In this document: positions 59,291 to 64,000 of the stretch, in pieces
How positions within the stretch are numbered: the first letter of the stretch is position 1
Layout of the letters: every line of letters starts with the position of its first letter
Origin: Patescibacteria group bacterium
Lineage (GTDB): Bacteria; Patescibacteriota; Patescibacteriia; UBA9934
Direction of reading: 5' to 3'
Assembly: GCA_041666145.1 (NCBI GenBank)
Contig: JBAYHK010000005.1
Coordinates: forward strand, 8,921-72,920
Length of the DNA: 64,000 nucleotides
Notes under the pieces: generated by a model
The model's input: only the letters and a program-made list of their open reading frames with translations
Database searches by the model: none
What the model was told of the DNA's origin: nothing
Made by a program: the position numbers and the translations under genes

Positions 59291-59830
59291 TTAAATCGTG
59301 GTGATTTCCTTTTCCTTCTTCTCACCGAGCTCGTCTATTTTTACCGTATATTCTTTAACAACTTTTTCTATCGCCTCTTCTATTCGTCGTTTTTCATCTT
59401 CTCCACCGTCTAACTTCGCAGCACTTTTTCTTGCCTCTTCACGAACTTTTCTAAGACTCACGCGAGCATCTTCTAACTTTTCCTTCATGATTTTTACCAT
59501 TTTTGTTCGCGTCTCTTCTGTCATCATTGGCATCATAAGCCGCAACGACTTTCCATCTACAACTGGATTAATGCCAACATCACTCTTCTGAATTGCAATC
59601 TCGATAAACTTCACAACACTACTATCCCAAGGTTCAATCAAAATCGTCTTCGAATCTGGAGTGGTAATCATCGCAAGCGCCTTAATAGGTTGCATTACCC
59701 CATATGCCTCAACCTGTACTGGCTCTAAAATGGCTGCAGATGCACGGCCTGTACGTATTGCTCCAAGCTCTGTAACACAATGATCAATCACCTTTTGAAA
59801 CTGTGGCTTCGCGTCATCGATAATGCTCAT
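59291..59830 (-). CDS. frr: Ribosome recycling factor
   Basis: IRTGRAS, P.MTEE.R, ARVSLR..RE, KEKEI. Confidence 0.96.
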   Translation of the reverse strand: MSIIDDAKPQFQKVIDHCVTELGAIRTGRASAAILEPVQVEAYGVMQPIKALAMITTPDSKTILIEPWDSSVVKFIEIAIQKSDVGINPVVDGKSLRLMMPMMTEETRTKMVKIMKEKLEDARVSLRKVREEARKSAAKLDGGEDEKRRIEEAIEKVVKEYTVKIDELGEKKEKEITTI

Positions 59831-59864
59831 AGAAAAGAAAATTCTCTGTGCAGTGTAAAACGAA

Positions 59865-59893
59865 CACCACACACGGTCAACGCGTGTGTGGTG
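59865..59893. terminator. Hairpin between the lipoprotein gene and frr
   Basis: CACCACACACG-N7-CGTGTGTGGTG. Confidence 0.55.
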
Positions 59894-59917
59894 AAATTTC
59901 GCTCATGTTGGCGAAGT

Positions 59918-60976
59918 TTACTTTGATGTAACCGTTGCACTTCCAAGGTATAAATGCGTACTATCCTCTGGATCAATCATGAGAGCAAACCCGGCTCGAG
60001 TTGACGGAAGTTCACTCGTCGTCCATGCGCTTCCACCAGATGTCGAGCGGTTCAGTGTAGAGTCTGTAGCGTAATACATCGTGTCACTCCCTTCTGGTGC
60101 AATCGCAAGACCGTAGATTCTCACCTCACCACTTCCAGGAATCAACGAAATACCAGACCATGTTGCACCGCTATCAACCGAAGACAAAAGTCCATATTTT
60201 GTATTCATAATCAGAAGACTTCCATTCGCATTTTGTGCAAATCCGTACACGCGATCTGATGACTTAAAGTCCTTTAGCGTCTTTTCAAAATTCGTCCAAG
60301 TTGCACCGCTGTCTATTGTTCGACTCATTCCGCTTGTTTTTGTTCCTACAAGAACTATTCGGCTATCCGCGTTACTTATAGTGATCGATGTCGCCTCATC
60401 ATCAAGACGAGTCATCGTTGTCCAGCTATTTCCACCATCTACAGAACGAATAACGTCTCCAGATGTTGTAGCAATCCACAAAATTTTTGGATCGTACCAA
60501 TCAAGAGCCATTGCCGAAATCGTTACATCTGACTGGCTCCCAACATAACTCTCCGTATTGAAGCTTCTTCCGCAATCTTCTGTTTTCATTACACGATCCG
60601 TCTTTGCAACAAAATACGTACACACATCTTTCGAGCTAACACCAATCCCTACAACTTTCCCAGATCGCGCAAGGGTCTCTTCTGGTCGCTGCCAAGAAAC
60701 TCCACTATCAAGCGAATAGAAAACTCCATTCTCTAACGATCCGGCGTATACCGCAGAACTATCTTGAGGATCAACAGCAAACGTCGTCACATCAATTGCA
60801 GACAACGAGCTTACCCCAGTCGCGGTTGGAACTGCAGCAGTCTGCTGCCATGTCTTTCCTGCATCCGTCGATTGCCACACGCCTCCAGACGAGGACTCTA
60901 CAGACCCTCCAAAACACCCAGCACCCATCAATACCAGAGCAGCACATGCTGCAGAACCCTTCAAAAGATTATTCAT
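59918..60976 (-). CDS. Beta-propeller lipoprotein with BNR/Asp-box repeats
   Basis: LVLMGAGC lipobox; repeated S.D.G.(T/S)W. Confidence 0.85.
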   Translation of the reverse strand: MNNLLKGSAACAALVLMGAGCFGGSVESSSGGVWQSTDAGKTWQQTAAVPTATGVSSLSAIDVTTFAVDPQDSSAVYAGSLENGVFYSLDSGVSWQRPEETLARSGKVVGIGVSSKDVCTYFVAKTDRVMKTEDCGRSFNTESYVGSQSDVTISAMALDWYDPKILWIATTSGDVIRSVDGGNSWTTMTRLDDEATSITISNADSRIVLVGTKTSGMSRTIDSGATWTNFEKTLKDFKSSDRVYGFAQNANGSLLIMNTKYGLLSSVDSGATWSGISLIPGSGEVRIYGLAIAPEGSDTMYYATDSTLNRSTSGGSAWTTSELPSTRAGFALMIDPEDSTHLYLGSATVTSK

Positions 60977-60977
60977 A

Positions 60978-61721
60978 TTAATCTAATTGTACCGCAAGTT
61001 CAGTAAACGCAATTAATGGATTTGCATTTGCCGCGATTCGCTCACGTGTTTTTAAGACTGCATGAAGTCCCTTTGCAGAAGCACGATTCGACATATGAAG
61101 TTCCTGTATGAGCGCAATAAAAAGCGACTCAAAATCCTTTAACTCTTGCTTCGCGATATCTTGAGCGGCTTTCAAACGTTCAACTCCCGAACAAGACACA
61201 AGTCGTTTTGCATTCAACAGAATGTCTTCAGATGCCGCTGAAGATACTCCAAAAAATGAAAGGGTCACTGCACGAGATCGAATAGTGGGAAGCAATGCAG
61301 ATTCTTCGTGGGAAATAAGCACAATAACAGTTCCAGCATTTGGCTCTTCTAACATCTTCAATAACGCATTCTGACTTGCCGTGTTCAACACATTTGCATC
61401 ATCAATAATCACAACTGCCTTCCCAGAAATCGACGATTGCCCTAACCGATGAAGAACGTCGCGGATGCTTTCAATGTCATATGCCCTTGTTCCATTCTCA
61501 CGAACTTCTGGAGAAAGCGAAATAAAATCTGGATGACGAAAAAGTTCATTCAAATCTACACGGAGAAAAGCCGATGCAAACTGCTTGGCTACTGTAGATT
61601 TCCCAATATGTTCAGGACCACAAAACGCAAAAACTCCATTTTCTGCTCCAGAAATAATAAAACGCTCCAAAACTGATATTTGGCGTTTATGGCCTAAGAT
61701 TTGCGAAAAATTCGCATGCAT
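60978..61721 (-). CDS. holB: DNA polymerase III delta-prime-like subunit
   Basis: GP.HIGKST, HPDF, NALLK.LEEP, LLPTIRSR. Confidence 0.85.
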   Translation of the reverse strand: MHANFSQILGHKRQISVLERFIISGAENGVFAFCGPEHIGKSTVAKQFASAFLRVDLNELFRHPDFISLSPEVRENGTRAYDIESIRDVLHRLGQSSISGKAVVIIDDANVLNTASQNALLKMLEEPNAGTVIVLISHEESALLPTIRSRAVTLSFFGVSSAASEDILLNAKRLVSCSGVERLKAAQDIAKQELKDFESLFIALIQELHMSNRASAKGLHAVLKTRERIAANANPLIAFTELAVQLD

Positions 61722-61725
61722 AAGG

Positions 61726-61754
61726 TTGACACTTTCGTACTTTTTTGGTATTGT
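61726..61754 (+). promoter_or_regulatory. Sigma70 promoter facing an ORF-poor region
   Basis: TTGACA-17-TATTGT. Confidence 0.7.
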
Positions 61755-61759
61755 ACTTG

Positions 61760-62106
61760 GTTCGCTCCGCAACGGGAAACCCATGCATCCAAGGACGAAC
61801 AACCTCGTGGTCACTGTCGTTTTTTCTATAACGAAACATCACACGTTCTCAAAAAAACAAGAAATCGTAACTTGAAAGCATTTAGAGAGACTTCGTTCTC
61901 TCTGCTGCTCTGGAGGAGAGAGATGGATCTACTCCGTGGGCAACACCATGCCGTAGATCCGACGCGCCAGCGGACGTATGGGCTTCGGCTCACCCGTTCC
62001 ACAGAGGTGCGTCATGGCACACATCAACTTCGGCTGATCACTATGCCCGATCACCTCCAGGACATTATAGAGAACACCAAGCGCCCAATAGGGCGCTTTT
62101 GGTTTT
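61760..62106 (+). ncRNA. Candidate structured non-coding RNA of unknown family
   Basis: Promoter and terminator bracket nested stems, UUCG/GAAA loops and a multiway junction; no convincing ORF. Confidence 0.5.
62079..62106 (+). terminator. Intrinsic terminator
   Basis: AAGCGCCC-AATA-GGGCGCTT followed by TTGGTTTT. Confidence 0.7.
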
Positions 62107-62862
62107 CTAAAGAACCCTCCCCCATTGCTCAGCCGCTCTCCAAGCAAGCTCAAACGTCGCCCTACAAACATCAGCAATAGCTCGAGAACGAACCTCGATA
62201 GCAATAAACTCTTTTTCTGAAGAAAGAAATAAAACCCGATCATAACAAATGGCCATTTCACCAGTAACCGCGAACAGCAATTTCGAAATAAGACGAATCT
62301 CATGAAATTCAGCAGAAGTCTGAATAGAGCCTCGATCGGTAAGAAGTATGCTTCGAACATGTTTATTCACCTCCGGACTCCCCACGTCCCGCAGTTGACG
62401 CATTTCCATTGCACAAAACGTTTCATAGTCCAAAAGCTGAACAATTTCACCAGGGAGCATTTGAAATTCCTTGTGAATATCTCGCAAACCCCCTTCACCA
62501 GAAAAATACCGCACCCCCGTGTCTTGACCACCAAATGCATGGAGCGCTCGAAGATTTGGAACAATCTCTTCAAAAGCGAGTGACCGTGCCTCTGCTCTGC
62601 GCCGCTCTGCTTCAAAAGATTCACGAATGACATGCGGTGACTCCATGAGGAAAACGCGCTCTCTTCCACGAAATATTGACCGCGCAAATCCATAACGAAC
62701 GAGTGTTGATAGCACGTCGTGAGCCGTAGCTCTTGAAAGCGCGAATTCCACAGAAACATCCCTTGCAGCAACCTCACCATGCTGAGTAAGGAAGACGTAT
62801 ACCTCGGCAATACGCGGTGGAATTCCAAGCGCAGTGAGCGAACTTGTCATTGCAGTAAACAT
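62107..62862 (-). CDS. TrmB family transcriptional regulator
   Basis: LG......VY..L...G, SRAT.HD.L..L...G; VRYFSG..G; I.S..IA......FE..W. Confidence 0.8.
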   Translation of the reverse strand: MFTAMTSSLTALGIPPRIAEVYVFLTQHGEVAARDVSVEFALSRATAHDVLSTLVRYGFARSIFRGRERVFLMESPHVIRESFEAERRRAEARSLAFEEIVPNLRALHAFGGQDTGVRYFSGEGGLRDIHKEFQMLPGEIVQLLDYETFCAMEMRQLRDVGSPEVNKHVRSILLTDRGSIQTSAEFHEIRLISKLLFAVTGEMAICYDRVLFLSSEKEFIAIEVRSRAIADVCRATFELAWRAAEQWGRVL

Positions 62863-62928
62863 ATATCTGCAGTATGCAGATCGCCTTTCGAAACATATCC
62901 GCAACCATATCTTCTTTTTGTTCGGACC

Positions 62929-64000
62929 CTACCGAATCATTGCACGAAGTGCCCCCAGCGTCTTTTGTGCACAATGAGCCCAAGAATACGTCGTAACACG
63001 CAAAAATCCTGCCTGCCGATATTGTTCGCATAACGCCGAATTCTGAAGCAAATTTTCTATACCTTGAGCAAACGCGGAAACATCATTTTGAGAAACAATC
63101 ATCGCCGCATTACCGGCAACCTCAATAGTCGAAGGAATGTTAGATGCAATAACCGGAGTGCCGTGTTCCATGGCTTCAAGGATAGAAATACCAAATCCCT
63201 CAGCTCGCGAGGGAAAGGCGAAGCAAAAAGCAAAACGAAGTAATATCGATGCATCATGATCCGTTATGTATCCAGGAAGACGAATGTCTTTTTCTATATT
63301 TTCTTCTGCAATCGCTCGTCGAATCTCCTGTTCTCCAAATCCAAATTTTCCAGCAAGTACGAGTGTCAACGGATGACCATGGCCAAGTCTTCTCTTTAAA
63401 GACGCGAATGCTCGAATAAGAAACAGAGTATTCTTCTTTTTTTCTAATCGGCTCATGGCAAAAACATATTTTCCTGCGCTAACTTGATATCTGCGAAGCA
63501 CTGCAGAAGGATCTTCTTCTACAACAGGCAAGGCTGGTGCAAGCGGAGTAACAGTAATGCGCGCAGCATCGATATGATATTCACGAAAAAGATCATTTTT
63601 CGTTGCGAGCGATGGAGCAAGAATCGTCTGCGCGCGACTTATCGCTCGACGAACCGCAAGATCCTGTCGACGAACCACAGACGGCTCGTAGACATCAGGA
63701 ACAATTTTGAAAGCAATATCATGCAACGTCGTTGCAACCTTCGTCGACGGTCGCATCAACATCGGCACCTCGTGACCAGGAACAAAAAGTACACTCGGTG
63801 GATGAAGCAACATCTCGATACTCAATCGACCGTGCGTCCATCCTCTAGGAATTCGCCAGCCAAGCTTCTTCCACGCCCATTGCTCCGGTAAGACAAGATC
63901 TCCCGGTTTTTCTCCATGCGCATACAAAATAATCCTCTCATCTTCCGCAAGCGGCTCTTTCATCATCGCCTCAAGCAACATCCTCGTATATCGCGGTACT
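62929..64000 (-). CDS. Glycosyltransferase family 4 (5' end outside the window)
   Basis: TLHD, RLEKKKN, FPSRAEGFG..ILEAM..G.PV; frame stays open (VPRYTR) to the window edge. Confidence 0.92.
   Translation of the reverse strand, partial: VPRYTRMLLEAMMKEPLAEDERIILYAHGEKPGDLVLPEQWAWKKLGWRIPRGWTHGRLSIEMLLHPPSVLFVPGHEVPMLMRPSTKVATTLHDIAFKIVPDVYEPSVVRRQDLAVRRAISRAQTILAPSLATKNDLFREYHIDAARITVTPLAPALPVVEEDPSAVLRRYQVSAGKYVFAMSRLEKKKNTLFLIRAFASLKRRLGHGHPLTLVLAGKFGFGEQEIRRAIAEENIEKDIRLPGYITDHDASILLRFAFCFAFPSRAEGFGISILEAMEHGTPVIASNIPSTIEVAGNAAMIVSQNDVSAFAQGIENLLQNSALCEQYRQAGFLRVTTYSWAHCAQKTLGALRAMIR

Noticed and set aside
61760-62106. tmRNA, RNase P RNA, SRP RNA or self-splicing intron
   Set aside because: Lacks tRNA-like ends, the GAGGAAAGUCC P4 motif, the SRP helix-8 motif and convincing group I/II core motifs
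61701-62360. ORFs 61701-62180 (+) and 61929-62360 (-) as real genes
   Set aside because: The first starts upstream of the promoter and runs through the terminator into trmB; the second overlaps trmB out of frame; neither has recognisable motifs. A short peptide cannot be excluded

Overview
Gene-dense chromosomal segment, mostly on the minus strand, that looks like a Patescibacteria/CPR genome (probably Parcubacteria/ABY1-type). That call is inferred from the type IV pilus genes, the MGAGC-type lipoprotein signal, a stand-alone VirD4-like ATPase pair, compact uvrC/holB genes and few Shine-Dalgarno sequences. Housekeeping content: pilD/pilin/pilM, rnhA, recJ, lepA, uppP, secDF, tgt, ugd, malic enzyme, pcrA/uvrD, mltG, gpmI, mraZ-rsmH-ftsL, uvrC, dnaB-ybaB-recR, pyrD, rpmG, tpiA, frr, holB. 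It also holds three tRNAs (Thr-UGU, Tyr-GUA, Thr-GGU), a two-subunit restriction-modification module with adjacent nucleases, a repeat-rich surface protein and a two-component-system/VTC/DUF4956/CotH cluster. Best leads: (1) an ORF-poor, highly structured ~345-nt transcription unit at 61.76-62.11 kb with its own sigma70 promoter and terminator, a candidate new ncRNA; (2) five long palindromic elements filling the tRNA spacers; (3) a pho-box-like 11-bp-period direct repeat placed exactly 10 nt upstream of the -10 of both the regulator gene and the VTC-DUF4956-CotH operon; (4) a SecD with two inserted parvulin domains; (5) a TGT that has lost all four zinc ligands. No CRISPR array, rRNA, integrase or transposase was seen. 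All family assignments come from motif recognition by eye; no database searches were run.
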